64,000 bases of DNA from Planctomycetota bacterium (GCA_040755855.1 JBFMAD010000005.1:128001-192000); one strand, 5' to 3'; numbered from the stretch's first letter, positions 36,801-53,144 are shown. The notes: generated by a model not told the origin, from the sequence alone. A program made the numbers and translations.

Positions 36801-37551
36801 GCTGCCGAGCGGCGTGCTGGAGATGGTGAAGGTCTACGTCGCCACAAAACGAACGTTGTCGGTGGGCGACAAGATGGCGGGCCGCCACGGAAACAAGGGA
36901 GTGATAGCCAAGATCGTCCCGGAGGAGGACATGCCGTTCCTTGGCGACGGCACGCCCGTTGAAATCCTTCTGAATCCGCTCGGGGTCCCGTCGCGTATGA
37001 ACGTCGGGCAAATCCTGGAGACCCATCTCGGTTGGGCCGCCAGCGCATTGGGCTTCAAGGCCATCACGCCCATTTTCGACGGCGCCACCGAAAAAGAGAT
37101 TGAAGAGACCTTGAAGGAAGCCAGCCTGCCTGCGGACGGGAAGACGGCCCTCTACGACGGACGAACGGGTGAACCCTTCGACCAGACGGTGACGGTAGGA
37201 TACATCTACATGATGAAGCTGCATCACCTGGTGGACGACAAGGTCCACGCCCGCGCCACCGGGCCCTACTCGCTCATCACCCAGCAACCCCTGGGCGGCA
37301 AGGCGCGATTCGGCGGCCAGCGATTCGGCGAGATGGAGGTATGGGCGCTCGAAGCTTACGGCGCCGCCCACATCCTTCAAGAACTGTTAACTGTGAAAAG
37401 CGACGACGTCGAAGGCCGCACCAAGATCTATGAGGCCATGGTCAAGGGCGAGAACACACTGGAGGCGGGAACCCCCGTCTCCTTTGATGTCCTGCGAAAG
37501 GAAATTGCCGGACTTGCCCTGAAGATGGAACTCGAGAAAAAGAGCATATGA
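33886..37551 (+). CDS. rpoB: RNA polymerase beta subunit
   Basis: [38 protein letters not shown]. Confidence 0.99.
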
Positions 37552-37590
37552 GGCGGGAAAGACAGTTTCATACCTGCCTGGAGATGACGA

Positions 37591-41721
<4,131 letters not shown>

Positions 41722-41722
41722 A

Positions 41723-42094
<372 letters not shown>

Positions 42095-42121
42095 AAGGAA
42101 AGGTGCGAAAGGCAAAAACGC

Positions 42122-42598
42122 ATGTCGCGGAAATTTAAGAACATAGATGAGGCATATCTGAAGGCCGACGTCCGCTTCAAACAGCCCCTGGTTTCGAAGT
42201 TCATCAACTGCATCATGAAAACGGGCAAGAAGAGCGTTGCCGAGAATGTCTTTTACGGTGCGATGGACATCATCGAGGAAAAGCTCCCCGATGTCGAACC
42301 CTATCAGGTCTTTGAGACGGCGGTAAATAATTGCAAGCCGATGATTGAAGTGCGCTCGAAGCGCATCGGCGGCGCCACATATCAGGTGCCAAAAGAAGTA
42401 AATCCGAAGCGCGCCCAGGCTCTCGCAATACGGTGGATCCTCCGCGCCGCGCGGGCCCGCAAGGGCAAACCGATGGCGATCCGCCTGGCTGATGAACTTC
42501 TTGACGCATATAAGAAGGAAGGCGCCGCCATCACAGAGAGGGAAAACGTGCATCGCATGGCCGAGGCCAACAAGGCCTTCGCCCACTTTGCGTGGTAA
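42122..42598 (+). CDS. rpsG: 30S ribosomal protein S7
   Basis: [23 protein letters not shown]. Confidence 0.99.
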   Translation: MSRKFKNIDEAYLKADVRFKQPLVSKFINCIMKTGKKSVAENVFYGAMDIIEEKLPDVEPYQVFETAVNNCKPMIEVRSKRIGGATYQVPKEVNPKRAQALAIRWILRAARARKGKPMAIRLADELLDAYKKEGAAITERENVHRMAEANKAFAHFAW

Positions 42599-42613
42599 GG
42601 AATTCTGTTCGGT

Positions 42614-44674
42614 ATGGCTCCTGAAGCGATCGAAAAAATCCGAAACATCGGGATTGTCGCCCATATTGACGCCGGCAAAACAACGGTGACCGAGAGAATT
42701 CTGTACTATACCGGCAAGGCCCACAAAATGGGGGAGGTGCACGAAGGCACTACCGTCATGGATTGGATGGAGGAGGAGCAGGAACGGGGGATCACCATCA
42801 CCTCCGCCGCCACGACGTGCCTGTGGAGGGAAAAGCAGATTAACATTATTGACACCCCCGGGCACGTGGACTTCACGGCCGAGGTCGAGCGCAGCCTGCG
42901 TGTGCTTGATGGCGCCGTTGTCGTCTTCTCCGGCGTCGAGGGCGTGGAAGCGCAGTCCGAGACCGTCTGGCGGCAGGCCGACAGATACGACGTGCCGCGG
43001 CTCGCTTTCGTGAACAAAATGGATCGCGCGGGGGCCTCCTTGGATCGAACCGCGCAGGAGATTCAGGAGCGACTTGGAGCGAGACCCGTCATCCTGACGC
43101 TCCCCATCGGCGAAGGGCAGGACTTCGACGGGATCATAGACCTCATTCGAATGAAAGCCGTTTATTTCCGCGGCAGCGACGGGGCAAAGATCACAGTCGA
43201 GGATATACCAGCCGCGTTGCGAGACCTTGCCGTCGAACGGCGCGAGGAGATGCTGGAGGCCGTCGCCGAAAACGATGAAACGCTTATGGAACAATACGTC
43301 GAAGGACAAGAGATAACCGAAGACCAGGTGCGGCGCGGACTCCGTGCAGGCACACTCGGCGCGCGGATCGTCCCGGTCTTGTGCGGGGCGGCGTTCAAGA
43401 ACAAGGGCATTCAGCCCCTCCTCGATGCCGTGTGCGATTTCCTTCCCTCGCCGGCGGACGTGCCGGCGGTGAAGGGCGTGGACCCCGAGGACGAGAGCAA
43501 GGTCCTCCAACGGGACCCCTCGGAGGCCGAGCCTCTGGCGGCGCTCGCCTTCAAAATTGCCGCCGACCGCCATGGGGAACTCACGTTTGTCCGCATTTAC
43601 TCGGGGGTTCTGAACGCCAATACGCGCGTTTATAACGCGACCAGAGACAAAAAAGAAAACATCACCCGGCTATTCCGGATGCACGCAAATAAACGGGAAC
43701 AGTTAAGCGAGATGGGCCCGGGTGAAATCTGCGCCGTGGTGGGACCGAAATTCACCGTCACAGGCGACACGCTTTGCGACGCCCGCGCGGCCATCGTGCT
43801 CGAACGGATGAACTTCCCGCAAACGGTCATCTCGATGGCCATCGAAACGAAGACGCAGGACGACAAGATTCGATTGGAGGAAGTCCTGCAGACACTGGAG
43901 AAAGAGGACCCGACGTTCGAAAAGAGAATGGATGGCGAGACCGGACAGTTAATCATCTCGGGGATGGGCGAGTTGCACTTGGAGGTATTGAAGCATCGCA
44001 TGCTCCGGGAGTTCAATATAGATGCCAACGTGGGGAAACCGAGGGTGGCCTACAAGGAGACAGTCATCAGCACCGCGGAGGGCGAGGGGCGGTTCATTCG
44101 ACAAACAGGGGGACGCGGTCAGTACGGCGTGGTCCTTCTCCGCGTGGAACCCATCGCGGGAAAGGGAGTGGTGGAGTTTGTGAACGAGGTCCGGGGCGGC
44201 GAGATTCCGAGGGAGTTTATCCCCGCCGTTGAGGACGGAGTTCGGAGCACCGCTGCCGGGGGTGTGACGACCGGATACCCCCTCGTCAATGTGAGAGTTA
44301 CCCTGCTCGACGGTTCGTACCACGAGGTGGATTCGTCGGACATCGCCTTCGCCACCGCCGGTTCGATGGCCCTGCGGGCCGCCGTGGAGAAGGCGGGGGT
44401 CGAGCTCCTGGAGCCGATCATGGCCCTGGAGGTCGTTGTCCCGGAAGAATATCTGGGCGATGTAATCGGCGACCTGAACAGCCGCCGCGCCGACATCGCA
44501 CAGATGAATCAACGCGGCGCCATGCGCGTAATTCATGCCGTGGCCCCCTTGGCGGAAATGTTCGGTTATGCCACGGCTGTCCGGTCGCTCACGCAGGGTC
44601 GCGCGACGTATACAATGGAACCGCGGGAGTACCGCAGCGTGCCAAAGCAAATCTACGATAAAATAGTTGCGTAA
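42614..44674 (+). CDS. fusA: Elongation factor G
   Basis: [31 protein letters not shown]. Confidence 0.99.
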   Translation: MAPEAIEKIRNIGIVAHIDAGKTTVTERILYYTGKAHKMGEVHEGTTVMDWMEEEQERGITITSAATTCLWREKQINIIDTPGHVDFTAEVERSLRVLDGAVVVFSGVEGVEAQSETVWRQADRYDVPRLAFVNKMDRAGASLDRTAQEIQERLGARPVILTLPIGEGQDFDGIIDLIRMKAVYFRGSDGAKITVEDIPAALRDLAVERREEMLEAVAENDETLMEQYVEGQEITEDQVRRGLRAGTLGARIVPVLCGAAFKNKGIQPLLDAVCDFLPSPADVPAVKGVDPEDESKVLQRDPSEAEPLAALAFKIAADRHGELTFVRIYSGVLNANTRVYNATRDKKENITRLFRMHANKREQLSEMGPGEICAVVGPKFTVTGDTLCDARAAIVLERMNFPQTVISMAIETKTQDDKIRLEEVLQTLEKEDPTFEKRMDGETGQLIISGMGELHLEVLKHRMLREFNIDANVGKPRVAYKETVISTAEGEGRFIRQTGGRGQYGVVLLRVEPIAGKGVVEFVNEVRGGEIPREFIPAVEDGVRSTAAGGVTTGYPLVNVRVTLLDGSYHEVDSSDIAFATAGSMALRAAVEKAGVELLEPIMALEVVVPEEYLGDVIGDLNSRRADIAQMNQRGAMRVIHAVAPLAEMFGYATAVRSLTQGRATYTMEPREYRSVPKQIYDKIVA

Positions 44675-44698
44675 GTTTCTTAGGTCAGGAGGCGCAAA

Positions 44699-45904
44699 AT
44701 GGCAAAGCAGAAGTTTGAGCGGACAAAGCCGCACGTGAACGTGGGAACGATCGGGCACATCGATCACGGGAAGACCACCCTGACAAGTGCCATTACGATG
44801 TACTTGGCATCGAAGGGCCTGGCTAACGCCAAATCCTACGACGAGGTCGCCAAGGCAAGCGAGGCGCAGGGCCGTCGCGACGAGACGAAGATCCTAACCA
44901 TCGCGGTAAGCCACGTCGAATACTCCACCGCAAACCGGCACTATGCCCACGTGGACTGCCCAGGTCACGCGGACTACATCAAGAACATGATCACCGGCGC
45001 CGCCCAGATGGACGGCGCCATCCTGGTGGTCAGCGCCGACGACGGCCCCATGCCGCAGACTCGCGAGCACATCCTCCTGGCTCGCCAGGTGAACGTGCCG
45101 GCCATGGTCGTCTTTCTGAACAAGGTGGACCTCGTTGACGACGCCGAGCTGCTCGACCTCGTCGAACTCGAGGTGCGCGAGCTGCTGAGCAAGTACGAAT
45201 TTCCGGGCGACGACATCCCCGTGATACGCGGAAGCGCCCTGGCGGGCATGCAGAATCCCAATGACCCGGAGGCCACCAAGTGCCTCGCCGAGCTGATGGA
45301 CGCCCTCGACAGCTTCATTCCCGAGCCGGTTCGGGTAGTGGATAAGCCCTTCCTGATGCCTATCGAGGATGTGTTCAGCATCGAAGGCCGCGGAACGGTA
45401 GGCACGGGGCGAGTGGACCGTGGCAAGATTCACGTGGGCGACGAGGTGGAAGTCGTCGGCATCAAGGAGACAATGAAGACTGTGGCCACCGGCGTGGAGA
45501 TGTTCAACAAGACCCTCGACGAAGGCATGGCAGGCGACAACATCGGCGTGCTGCTGCGCGGACTCAAGAAGGAAGACCTGCAGCGGGGACAGGTTCTCGC
45601 GGCGCCGGGGAGCATCACCCCCCACACTAAGTTTGAGGCAGAAGTATACGTTTTGACGAAGGAAGAAGGCGGGCGCCACACACCGTTCTTCACGGGCTAC
45701 CGCCCCCAATTCTACTTTCGCACCACGGACGTGACGGGGAATGTGGCGCTGCCCCAAGGGACGGAAATGGTCATGCCCGGCGACAATGTAACGATTTCAG
45801 GCGAATTGATCACTCCGATTGCCATGGAAGAACAACTGCGCTTCGCCATCCGCGAGGGCGGCAAGACGGTTGGGGCTGGCGTGGTCACGAAGATTCTCGC
45901 ATAG
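44699..45904 (+). CDS. tuf: Elongation factor Tu
   Basis: [28 protein letters not shown]. Confidence 0.99.
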   Translation: MAKQKFERTKPHVNVGTIGHIDHGKTTLTSAITMYLASKGLANAKSYDEVAKASEAQGRRDETKILTIAVSHVEYSTANRHYAHVDCPGHADYIKNMITGAAQMDGAILVVSADDGPMPQTREHILLARQVNVPAMVVFLNKVDLVDDAELLDLVELEVRELLSKYEFPGDDIPVIRGSALAGMQNPNDPEATKCLAELMDALDSFIPEPVRVVDKPFLMPIEDVFSIEGRGTVGTGRVDRGKIHVGDEVEVVGIKETMKTVATGVEMFNKTLDEGMAGDNIGVLLRGLKKEDLQRGQVLAAPGSITPHTKFEAEVYVLTKEEGGRHTPFFTGYRPQFYFRTTDVTGNVALPQGTEMVMPGDNVTISGELITPIAMEEQLRFAIREGGKTVGAGVVTKILA

Positions 45905-45937
45905 GACCGAACATAAGAGGAGGAATGATCTGCGGTT

Positions 45938-46243
45938 ATGGATCAGCACATCCGCATACGGATGGAGGCCTACGACCACCGCGCGCTCGACGTAGCGGCG
46001 GCAGAGATTGTTGATACCGCCAAACGAACGGGCGCCAAAGTGCGGGGCCCGATCCCGCTCCCAACGCGGATCGAGAGGTATACGGTTCTCAGGTCGCCTC
46101 ACATCGACAAAAAATCGCGAGAGCAATTTGAGATCCGTACACACAAGCGGCTGATTGACATCCACGAGCCGACGGCGAAGACGATTGACGCCCTGGGCAA
46201 ACTCAATATGCCCGCCGGCGTGGACATCAAGATCAGGGCGTAA
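45938..46243 (+). CDS. rpsJ: 30S ribosomal protein S10
   Basis: [23 protein letters not shown]. Confidence 0.99.
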   Translation: MDQHIRIRMEAYDHRALDVAAAEIVDTAKRTGAKVRGPIPLPTRIERYTVLRSPHIDKKSREQFEIRTHKRLIDIHEPTAKTIDALGKLNMPAGVDIKIRA

Positions 46244-46259
46244 CGAAAGGTTGCGGCAG

Positions 46260-46895
46260 ATGATAGAAGTGCCTGTCCTCGATGCCGAGGGCAAAGAACA
46301 GGAAAAGATGAGCATTGACGAAGGGCGCCTCGGTGGGCGCGTGCATGCGAGGCTTGTCCGCGATGCGGTCGTCATGTATGAAGCCAACCGAAGGCAGGGT
46401 ACCGCCAAAGCCAAGAAAAAGGGCGAACTGGCCTACACCAACAAGAAACCCTATCGCCAGAAAGGGACGGGCTACGCCCGGGCCGGCTTCCGGGGATCGC
46501 CCATCTGGCGCGGCGGCGCAGCGGCACACGGCCCCAAGCTGCGGGATTATTCCTTCGCAATGCCCAAGCAGGCCAGGCAATTGGCAATGCGCTCCGCCCT
46601 CCTGGGCAAGCTGCAGGACGGCCAGGTGATCCTGCTGGACCGGATCGAAGTGGCCGAAGCGAAGACCAGGACGATAGCACGGCTCCTCAAAGCGATCGGG
46701 GCGAACGAGACCTGTCTGATCGTCATCGCCGAACCGAACGCCCTGGTTTGGAAATCGGCAAGGAATATACGAGGGGTATCGGTGTGCTCGGCGGGCGAAC
46801 TGAACGCCTATGCTGTTCTCAAGCCGAAGCGCGTCGTAATCACCAAGGATGCCATGAACAAGATATTGGGAAGCACGAAAAATGCTGGCGCATGA
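46260..46895 (+). CDS. rplD: 50S ribosomal protein L4
   Basis: [28 protein letters not shown] 16 nt after rpsJ. Confidence 0.98.
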   Translation: MIEVPVLDAEGKEQEKMSIDEGRLGGRVHARLVRDAVVMYEANRRQGTAKAKKKGELAYTNKKPYRQKGTGYARAGFRGSPIWRGGAAAHGPKLRDYSFAMPKQARQLAMRSALLGKLQDGQVILLDRIEVAEAKTRTIARLLKAIGANETCLIVIAEPNALVWKSARNIRGVSVCSAGELNAYAVLKPKRVVITKDAMNKILGSTKNAGA

Positions 46896-47172
46896 AATCA
46901 TCAGACGGCCGTTGATTACGGAAAAGGCGGTCGAGATGTCCGAAGGGGAGGATGTTCAGGAGCGCGTCTACTTCTTTGAGGTGGACCGTCGCGCCGGCAA
47001 GCGCGACATCCAGAAGGCCGTTGAGGAATTGTACGGAGTGAAAGTGAAGGGGGTGCGAACGATGTGGCGGCACGGTAAGACCAAACGATGGCGCTTCAAA
47101 CACATGCCGCGCAGCGACTGGAAGCGCGCCGCCGTTACCCTTGTGGAAGGCGACTCAATAGATCTGATTTAG
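46882..47172 (+). CDS. rplW: 50S ribosomal protein L23
   Basis: PLITEK, AVEELYGVKV, WKRAAVTL. Confidence 0.97.
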   Translation: MLAHEIIRRPLITEKAVEMSEGEDVQERVYFFEVDRRAGKRDIQKAVEELYGVKVKGVRTMWRHGKTKRWRFKHMPRSDWKRAAVTLVEGDSIDLI

Positions 47173-47199
47173 CCGCAGAAAACTGGAGTGAAATAGCGA

Positions 47200-48033
47200 A
47201 TGCCGATTAAGCACTACAGACCGACAACGCCGGGAAGACGCCTCGCTTCCGTTTTGGACCTGTCGGAAGTGACGAAGAACCCCCCGGAAAAGGCCCTTCT
47301 TCGGCCCCTCAAGAAAAAGGGCGGAAGGAATTTCCAGGGATTTGCTACAGTCCGCTTCCGAGGCGGAGGGGTAAGGCGCAAATACCGCGTCATTGATTTC
47401 AAACGAGACAAAGATGGCGTGCCGGGCGTCGTCAGTGAGATCGCCTACGACCCCAACCGGTCTTCCTTGCTTGGGTTGATAACCTATAAGGACGGGGAAA
47501 AGCGATACATCCTCGCCCCGGACGGTCTAAAGGTGGGGCAGGCAATCATGTCCGGGCCGACAGCGGAACCCTCTGTGGGCAACTGCATGCCCCTGGAAAA
47601 CATCCCTCTCGGCCTGATGGTTCACAACGTAGAAATCTCCCCCGGAGAAGGCGGGCAGCTGGCCCGAAGCGCGGGGGCGACAATCCAACTTGCCGCAAGA
47701 GAGGGAAAGTATGCCCTCTTGCAAATGCCGTCGGGAGAGCTTAGGCGCGTGCTCTCGAAATGCCGCGCCACCATTGGGCAGGTCGGCAATCTCGATCACC
47801 AGAATATCCGGCTGGGCAAGGCGGGGCGTGTGCGCTGGATGGGCCGGCGATCCCATGTCCGCGGCGTGGCGCAAAACCCGATTTCCCACCCCATGGGCGG
47901 CGGCGAAGGCCGAACATCGGGCGGGCGGCATCCGTGCTCGCCCAGAGGAAAACCCGCGAAAGGCGGGAAAACGAGGAAGAGACATGCCCGCACCGACAAT
48001 CTGATTGTGAGACGAAGGTCGAAGAGGAACTAA
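47200..48033 (+). CDS. rplB: 50S ribosomal protein L2
   Basis: [14 protein letters not shown]. Confidence 0.99.
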   Translation: MPIKHYRPTTPGRRLASVLDLSEVTKNPPEKALLRPLKKKGGRNFQGFATVRFRGGGVRRKYRVIDFKRDKDGVPGVVSEIAYDPNRSSLLGLITYKDGEKRYILAPDGLKVGQAIMSGPTAEPSVGNCMPLENIPLGLMVHNVEISPGEGGQLARSAGATIQLAAREGKYALLQMPSGELRRVLSKCRATIGQVGNLDHQNIRLGKAGRVRWMGRRSHVRGVAQNPISHPMGGGEGRTSGGRHPCSPRGKPAKGGKTRKRHARTDNLIVRRRSKRN

Positions 48034-48060
48034 CGGGCGAACCGCTCGTGAGGAGAACGA

Positions 48061-48366
48061 ATGGGACGATCTATAAAAAAGGGACCATACGTAGTCGAAA
48101 AGCTCATGCGCAAGGTCATGAAGCAGAAGGATTCCGGAGACAAGATTCCAATTCGGACGTGGGCGCGTCGTTGCACCATTGTGCCGGAATTTGTATCCCA
48201 CACCTTTGAAGTGCACAACGGCAGACATTTCATGAATGTCTTTGTCACTGAAGACATGGTGGGCCACAAGCTTGGAGAATTCGCGATGACGCGGACTTTC
48301 CGAGGACATGGTAGTGGTAGTAGTACTGCTACCGGCACTGGCACTAGTACCGCAAAAGGAGATTAA
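48061..48366 (+). CDS. rpsS: 30S ribosomal protein S19
   Basis: [17 protein letters not shown]. Confidence 0.99.
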   Translation: MGRSIKKGPYVVEKLMRKVMKQKDSGDKIPIRTWARRCTIVPEFVSHTFEVHNGRHFMNVFVTEDMVGHKLGEFAMTRTFRGHGSGSSTATGTGTSTAKGD

Positions 48367-48372
48367 AGTACC

Positions 48373-48768
48373 ATGCCCTTCAAGGCAGTACATCGCTTTG
48401 CTCCCGTATCGGCCCGAAAGGCGCGATATGTGGTTGATTTGATTCGACGGAAGGATATCAATGAAACGTTGGATATCCTGAAGTTTACGCCGAAGCGGGC
48501 CGCGATGATGGTCCGCAAGGTGGTCCGAGCCGCAATGGCGGCGGCAGACGAGTCCGGCGCCGATGTGGACTCGCTCGTCGTGCTCAGAGCCAAGGCCGAC
48601 GACGGGCCGTCCTACAAGGGACGCCTTCCGCGGCCGCGAGGCATGGCGACGCCGCTCATCCATCGGTCGAGCCACATCACCGTGGAACTGGGCACTCCCG
48701 AGGAACTGACGCGCGTCGAGGAAGGCAAGAAGAAATCGAGGCCGAAAGAGAAGGCAGCGAAAGGATAG
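48373..48768 (+). CDS. rplV: 50S ribosomal protein L22
   Basis: SARKAR, DDGP, RSSHITV. Confidence 0.97.
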   Translation: MPFKAVHRFAPVSARKARYVVDLIRRKDINETLDILKFTPKRAAMMVRKVVRAAMAAADESGADVDSLVVLRAKADDGPSYKGRLPRPRGMATPLIHRSSHITVELGTPEELTRVEEGKKKSRPKEKAAKG

Positions 48769-48771
48769 TCT

Positions 48772-49602
48772 ATGGGTCACAAGGTTTGTCCAATTGGACT
48801 CCGAATCGGGATCACCGAAGACTGGCGGTCTCGCTGGTATTGCGATAAGAAAAACTTTGGGAAGCTTCTGGTGGAAGACCAGAAGATAAGGAAGCACATC
48901 AAGGCGAACTATCACTACGCGGGCATCTCGAAGATCGAGATCGAGCGAACCCGGGAAGAAGTGGTGGTGATCCTCTTCACCGCCCGCCCCGGCATCATCA
49001 TTGGGCGCAAAGGCAACGAGGCGGACCGGCTTCAATCGGAGCTGGAGGGCCTGATCGGACGGGCCGTGCGGCTGGAGATCCGAGAGGTCGAGAAACCGGA
49101 GATCGATGCGCAGCTGGTGGCCGAGGGTGTGGCGGAGCAATTGGAGCGCCGCCAGTCGTTCCGGCGCACCATGAAACGCACCGCGGAGACGACGATGGGC
49201 ATGGGGGCGCTGGGCGTCAAAATCCTTGTATCGGGCCGTCTGGGTGGGGCGGAGATGTCGCGGACGGAGAAGTGCATCATGGGCAGCATCCCCCTGCAGA
49301 CGCTCCGAGGCCTGATCGACTATGGTTTCACCGAGGCCCGGACGCAATATGGCCAGATCGGTGTGAAGGTCTGGATTTACAAGGGGAAGATTGAAGAGGG
49401 CATGACGGCGTTTGATTTGAAGCGGCTCGCGGCGGCGGAAGCGGCGTCGGCCCCCGGCGCCGCCCCAACGCCGAGCCCGGAAGGAACTGCACCACAGCCG
49501 GCCGCGCCGGCGAGTCAGAAGACGAAGGAGACGGTGAACAATGCCGTTGATGCCAAAAAGAGTGAAGTACCGCAAGGCCCAGCGAGGCCGAGTCAGAGGT
49601 AA
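48772..49602 (+). CDS. rpsC: 30S ribosomal protein S3
   Basis: [29 protein letters not shown]. Confidence 0.99.
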   Translation: MGHKVCPIGLRIGITEDWRSRWYCDKKNFGKLLVEDQKIRKHIKANYHYAGISKIEIERTREEVVVILFTARPGIIIGRKGNEADRLQSELEGLIGRAVRLEIREVEKPEIDAQLVAEGVAEQLERRQSFRRTMKRTAETTMGMGALGVKILVSGRLGGAEMSRTEKCIMGSIPLQTLRGLIDYGFTEARTQYGQIGVKVWIYKGKIEEGMTAFDLKRLAAAEAASAPGAAPTPSPEGTAPQPAAPASQKTKETVNNAVDAKKSEVPQGPARPSQR

Positions 49603-49960
49603 CGAAACCCGAGGGACCGCGGTCCATTTCGGCGAGTATGGACTTCAAGCCCTGGAGCCCGCGTGGTTAAGCGCGCGGCAGATCGAAGCAGGGCGAGTTG
49701 CCGCGGTCCACTTTATGGGTCGCGAAGGCAAGCTCTGGATCCGAGCGTTTCCCGATAAGCCCGTATCCAGCCGCCCGGCGGAGACGCGAATGGGCAAGGG
49801 AAAAGGTGAAGTGACGTCCTGGGTCATGCCGGTCAAGCCCGGGCGGGTGCTGTTCGAAGTGGGGGGGGTGTCGGAAGAAACCGCCCGCCAGGCGCTCGCA
49901 CGTGTGGCCCATAAGATGCCGATGAAGGTGAGATTCCTGCAGAGGAGACATACAGCGTGA
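49541..49960 (+). CDS. rplP: 50S ribosomal protein L16
   Basis: [15 protein letters not shown]. Confidence 0.99.
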   Translation: MPLMPKRVKYRKAQRGRVRGNETRGTAVHFGEYGLQALEPAWLSARQIEAGRVAAVHFMGREGKLWIRAFPDKPVSSRPAETRMGKGKGEVTSWVMPVKPGRVLFEVGGVSEETARQALARVAHKMPMKVRFLQRRHTA

Positions 49961-50181
49961 AAGCGCGCGAACTTCGTGTCATGTCCGTTGAGGAGCTCGA
50001 AGAAGAGCTGAAAAACAGCCGAAAAGAGCTGTACAACTTGCGCCACCAGCAGACGGTGGGCCAAATGGAAAATCCGGCCCAGTTTACCAAAGCCAAACGA
50101 ACCATCGCGCGCATCCTGACGCTGCTGAAAGAGCGTGCGACTGAAACCGCTGCCCCGCAGCCGGCGGAGGGCGTCCGATGA
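49957..50181 (+). CDS. rpmC: 50S ribosomal protein L29
   Basis: [15 protein letters not shown]. Confidence 0.97.
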   Translation: MKARELRVMSVEELEEELKNSRKELYNLRHQQTVGQMENPAQFTKAKRTIARILTLLKERATETAAPQPAEGVR

Positions 50182-50582
50182 TGGAACGAGGCCGCAGAAG
50201 AAAACTGTTGGGTGTGGTGGTGAGCGACCGGATGGACAAGACGGTGGTGGTGGAGGTGGGGCGCACAGTCCGTCACCCCAAGTACGAAAAGACCATGCGT
50301 CTGCGAAAAAAATATAAGGCCCATGACGAAAAGAGCGAGGCGGCGATGGGCGACTTGATCGAGATCACCGAAGCCCGACCAATGAGCAAGACAAAGTGTT
50401 GGCGGGTGTCGGCCATCGTGCGCAAGGCAGGCGCCCTGATCGAGATCGGCGACGAATTGGCCGAGGAAGAACGTTCGGAACCGCAGCCCCAGCCAGCCCC
50501 TGAGACCGCCCCCGCGGCCGCAGACGAGAGTGTGGATCCTAAAACGGAGGATAGCAGTGATTCAAGTCGAGACCAAACTTGA
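50178..50582 (+). CDS. rpsQ: 30S ribosomal protein S17
   Basis: [22 protein letters not shown]. Confidence 0.98.
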   Translation: MMERGRRRKLLGVVVSDRMDKTVVVEVGRTVRHPKYEKTMRLRKKYKAHDEKSEAAMGDLIEITEARPMSKTKCWRVSAIVRKAGALIEIGDELAEEERSEPQPQPAPETAPAAADESVDPKTEDSSDSSRDQT

Positions 50583-50925
50583 TGTGGCCGACAATACCGG
50601 CGCAAAAGTGGCCCAATGTATCAACGTCCTCGGCGGGACGCGAAGACGATATGCAACCATCGGCGATATCATTGTCGCCTCCATCAAGAAGGCCCTTCCC
50701 AGCGGAGAGGTCAAAAAGGGAGAGGTGGTTCGCGGAGTGATCGTGCGGACCAAAAAGAACGTGCGGCGGCAGGATGGATCGTACGTCCGGTTCGATCGTA
50801 ATGCGATGGTTATAATTGACAACGACCTAAACCCGCGCGGCACGCGAATCTTCGGGGCGGTGGCTCGGGAGCTGCGCGAAAAGAATTTCATGAAAATTAT
50901 CTCTCTGGCCACCGAAGTGGTGTAG
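50557..50925 (+). CDS. rplN: 50S ribosomal protein L14
   Basis: GGAGG then GTG 50557; [20 protein letters not shown]. Confidence 0.99.
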   Translation: MIQVETKLDVADNTGAKVAQCINVLGGTRRRYATIGDIIVASIKKALPSGEVKKGEVVRGVIVRTKKNVRRQDGSYVRFDRNAMVIIDNDLNPRGTRIFGAVARELREKNFMKIISLATEVV

Positions 50926-50937
50926 AGGAGTCGTGGG

Positions 50938-51324
50938 ATGCACATCCGAAGAAATGACGTAGTCGTGCTGCGAAAAGCGATCACGAGTTGCAAGGACACC
51001 AGCCGTCGCCCCCTTGGGCAGGAAGCGAAAGGCACCCGGGGGCGGGTGCTAAGGGTGCTGCGGGACAAGAACCAGGTGATCGTCGAGGGGGTAAACTACA
51101 AATACCGGCATGTGCGGCCGACGCAAAAAAATCCACAGGGGGGGCGCATCAGCAAAGAGACGCCGGTGCATTTGTCGAACGTGATGCTCTACTGCGATAA
51201 ATGTCAAAAAGGCGTCGAGGTGCGGATTGAACGGGTGCCGAAAGACGCCGCATCGGGCGCAAAAACCCATAACGTGCTTCGATACTGCCGGGTGTGTGGC
51301 GAGTTGGTCGGAATTCAAGATTAG
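50938..51324 (+). CDS. rplX: 50S ribosomal protein L24
   Basis: VIVEGVN, KETPVHLSNV. Confidence 0.96.
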   Translation: MHIRRNDVVVLRKAITSCKDTSRRPLGQEAKGTRGRVLRVLRDKNQVIVEGVNYKYRHVRPTQKNPQGGRISKETPVHLSNVMLYCDKCQKGVEVRIERVPKDAASGAKTHNVLRYCRVCGELVGIQD

Positions 51325-51349
51325 CGAAGAGGCTTGTTGAGACTGAGAC

Positions 51350-51892
51350 ATGGCGCGTTTGCTCGAAAAATACAGAAATGAGATTGTTCCGAAACTTATC
51401 GAACAGTTCGGGTACAAAAACCGAATGGCCGTGCCCAAACTGCGAAAGATCGTGGTGAACATGGGCGTCGGGAAGGCGACCGACGAGCCGAAGCGGCTCG
51501 AAGACGCCTGCAGCGCGATGGCCCAGATCACCGGCCAGAAGCCTGTGGTGACCAAGGCGAAGGAGTCGGTATCGGGCTTCAAGCTCCGCAAAGGGGCGCA
51601 GATCGGATGTAAGGTCACGCTGCGAGGAAGAAGGATGTACGAATTCCTCGATCGCCTGATCAGCGTTGCCATGCCGCGAATTCGGGACTTCCGCGGCCTG
51701 CCGCGCGAGGCATTCGACGGCGGAGGCAACTATTCCCTGGGCATCAGCGAGCAACTCGTCTTTCCCGAGATAGATCCGGATAAGTATGAGAACGGCGGCG
51801 GGTTCCAGGTGACGCTTGTGCTGGAATCGCAATCCACGGAGGAGTCCCAGGCGTTGCTGAGCATGCTCGGCATGCCGTTCCGAAGTTCTTGA
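51350..51892 (+). CDS. rplE: 50S ribosomal protein L5
   Basis: [17 protein letters not shown]. Confidence 0.99.
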   Translation: MARLLEKYRNEIVPKLIEQFGYKNRMAVPKLRKIVVNMGVGKATDEPKRLEDACSAMAQITGQKPVVTKAKESVSGFKLRKGAQIGCKVTLRGRRMYEFLDRLISVAMPRIRDFRGLPREAFDGGGNYSLGISEQLVFPEIDPDKYENGGGFQVTLVLESQSTEESQALLSMLGMPFRSS

Positions 51893-51908
51893 ATACGGAT
51901 GGTGTGAT

Positions 51909-52094
51909 ATGGCCCGAAAGGCGTTGATCGAGAAGTGCAGCCGAGCGCCCAAGTTTAAGACGCGCAAATATAATCGTTGCTCGCTCTGCGGGCGACGACG
52001 CGCCTATTATCGAAAATTCAAAATCTGCCGGATCTGCTTCCGGAACCTCGCCTCCCGGGCCGAGATACCGGGTGTGCGAAAGGCAAGCTGGTAG
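51909..52094 (+). CDS. rpsN: 30S ribosomal protein S14, type Z
   Basis: 61 aa; CSLC..CRIC, KASW. Confidence 0.98.
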   Translation: MARKALIEKCSRAPKFKTRKYNRCSLCGRRRAYYRKFKICRICFRNLASRAEIPGVRKASW

Positions 52095-52133
52095 CAGGTT
52101 CGCGAGCATGGTCCAATTGCGGAGTGTTGACGA

Positions 52134-52532
52134 ATGACGATGACCGACCCGATTGCCGACATGGTGACGCGCATGCGCAATGCGCTTCGGAACAGAACAG
52201 AGTCCGTTGACGTGCCCGCGTCAACGGTGAAACTCAGCATTCTCAAGGTCCTCAAACGAGAGGGATACATTAACGATTTCAAAGTGGTGGATATGGGTCG
52301 CGGGCAGAACGTCCGCATCTACCTGAAATACGGCCCCGACGGGCAAGATGTGATTACCGGCATTGAGCGAGTGAGCAAACCCGGCTGCCGTATCTATAAG
52401 AGCGTCAAGGACTTGCCTCGCGTGCTCGACGGACTTGGGATCGCCGTCGTATCCACCCCCAAAGGGATGCTCAGCGACCGCGAGTGCCGCCAGAGCAAGG
52501 TCGGCGGCGAAGTAGTCTGTACGGTTTGGTGA
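52134..52532 (+). CDS. rpsH: 30S ribosomal protein S8
   Basis: DPIADM, SKPGCRIY, GGEV. Confidence 0.99.
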   Translation: MTMTDPIADMVTRMRNALRNRTESVDVPASTVKLSILKVLKREGYINDFKVVDMGRGQNVRIYLKYGPDGQDVITGIERVSKPGCRIYKSVKDLPRVLDGLGIAVVSTPKGMLSDRECRQSKVGGEVVCTVW

Positions 52533-52550
52533 GAAGGAGCGTTATAGGCG

Positions 52551-53132
52551 ATGTCACGGATCGGAAAACTCCCTGTGCCCGTTCCGAGCGGCGTGAAAGC
52601 GTCGGCCAGCGGCGGCGGGCTTACGATTGAGGGGAGCAAAGGAAAGCTCACCCAGGAACTGCCCCAGGGGATCACCGTAAAGATCGAGGAGCAGGACGTG
52701 CTCGTAGATCAAAAAATGAAACGGATGACCGTCCTCGTCTTCGAGCGGGCGAATGAAACGAGACGGCTGAAGGCCCTCCACGGCACGATCCGCGCTCATG
52801 CCGCCAACATGGTCAAGGGAGTGCTGGACGGATTCGAAAAAAAACTTCAGATCGTTGGCGTGGGCTACAGCGCCAAACTGCAGGGGAGGACGCTCGAACT
52901 GAACGTGGGGTATGCCCATTCGGTCAAGTTCGCGCTGCCCACAGGGATCGAGATAGACATGGCCTCCCCGACGGAATTTACCGTTAAAGGGGCCAACAGG
53001 CAGCTCGTGGGCGAAGTGGCCGCAGAAATTCGGGCCGTCCAGCCGCCTGAGCCCTACAAGGGAAAGGGCATTCGTTACGCGGACGAGATCGTCCGCAGGA
53101 AAGCCGGCAAGGCGTTTGTTGCAACCCAGTAA
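52551..53132 (+). CDS. rplF: 50S ribosomal protein L6
   Basis: MSRIGK, PEPYKGKGIRY. Confidence 0.99.
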   Translation: MSRIGKLPVPVPSGVKASASGGGLTIEGSKGKLTQELPQGITVKIEEQDVLVDQKMKRMTVLVFERANETRRLKALHGTIRAHAANMVKGVLDGFEKKLQIVGVGYSAKLQGRTLELNVGYAHSVKFALPTGIEIDMASPTEFTVKGANRQLVGEVAAEIRAVQPPEPYKGKGIRYADEIVRRKAGKAFVATQ

Positions 53133-53144
53133 AAAGAGTCATCA

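Noticed and set aside
46236..46250. 15-bp GGGCGTAACGAAAGG repeated at 57524-57538 (ends of rpsJ and infA)
   Set aside because: Both copies are Arg-Ala-stop plus SD; a few 15-mer matches are expected by chance in 64 kb, and it does not explain the rplC loss
46155..46259. ORF-track N-terminal extensions of rplD (also rpsL, rplQ, rpsM and the DUF5696-like and epimerase genes)
   Set aside because: They overlap upstream genes; downstream starts with an RBS match the family N-termini; the rplD extension has no L3 similarity
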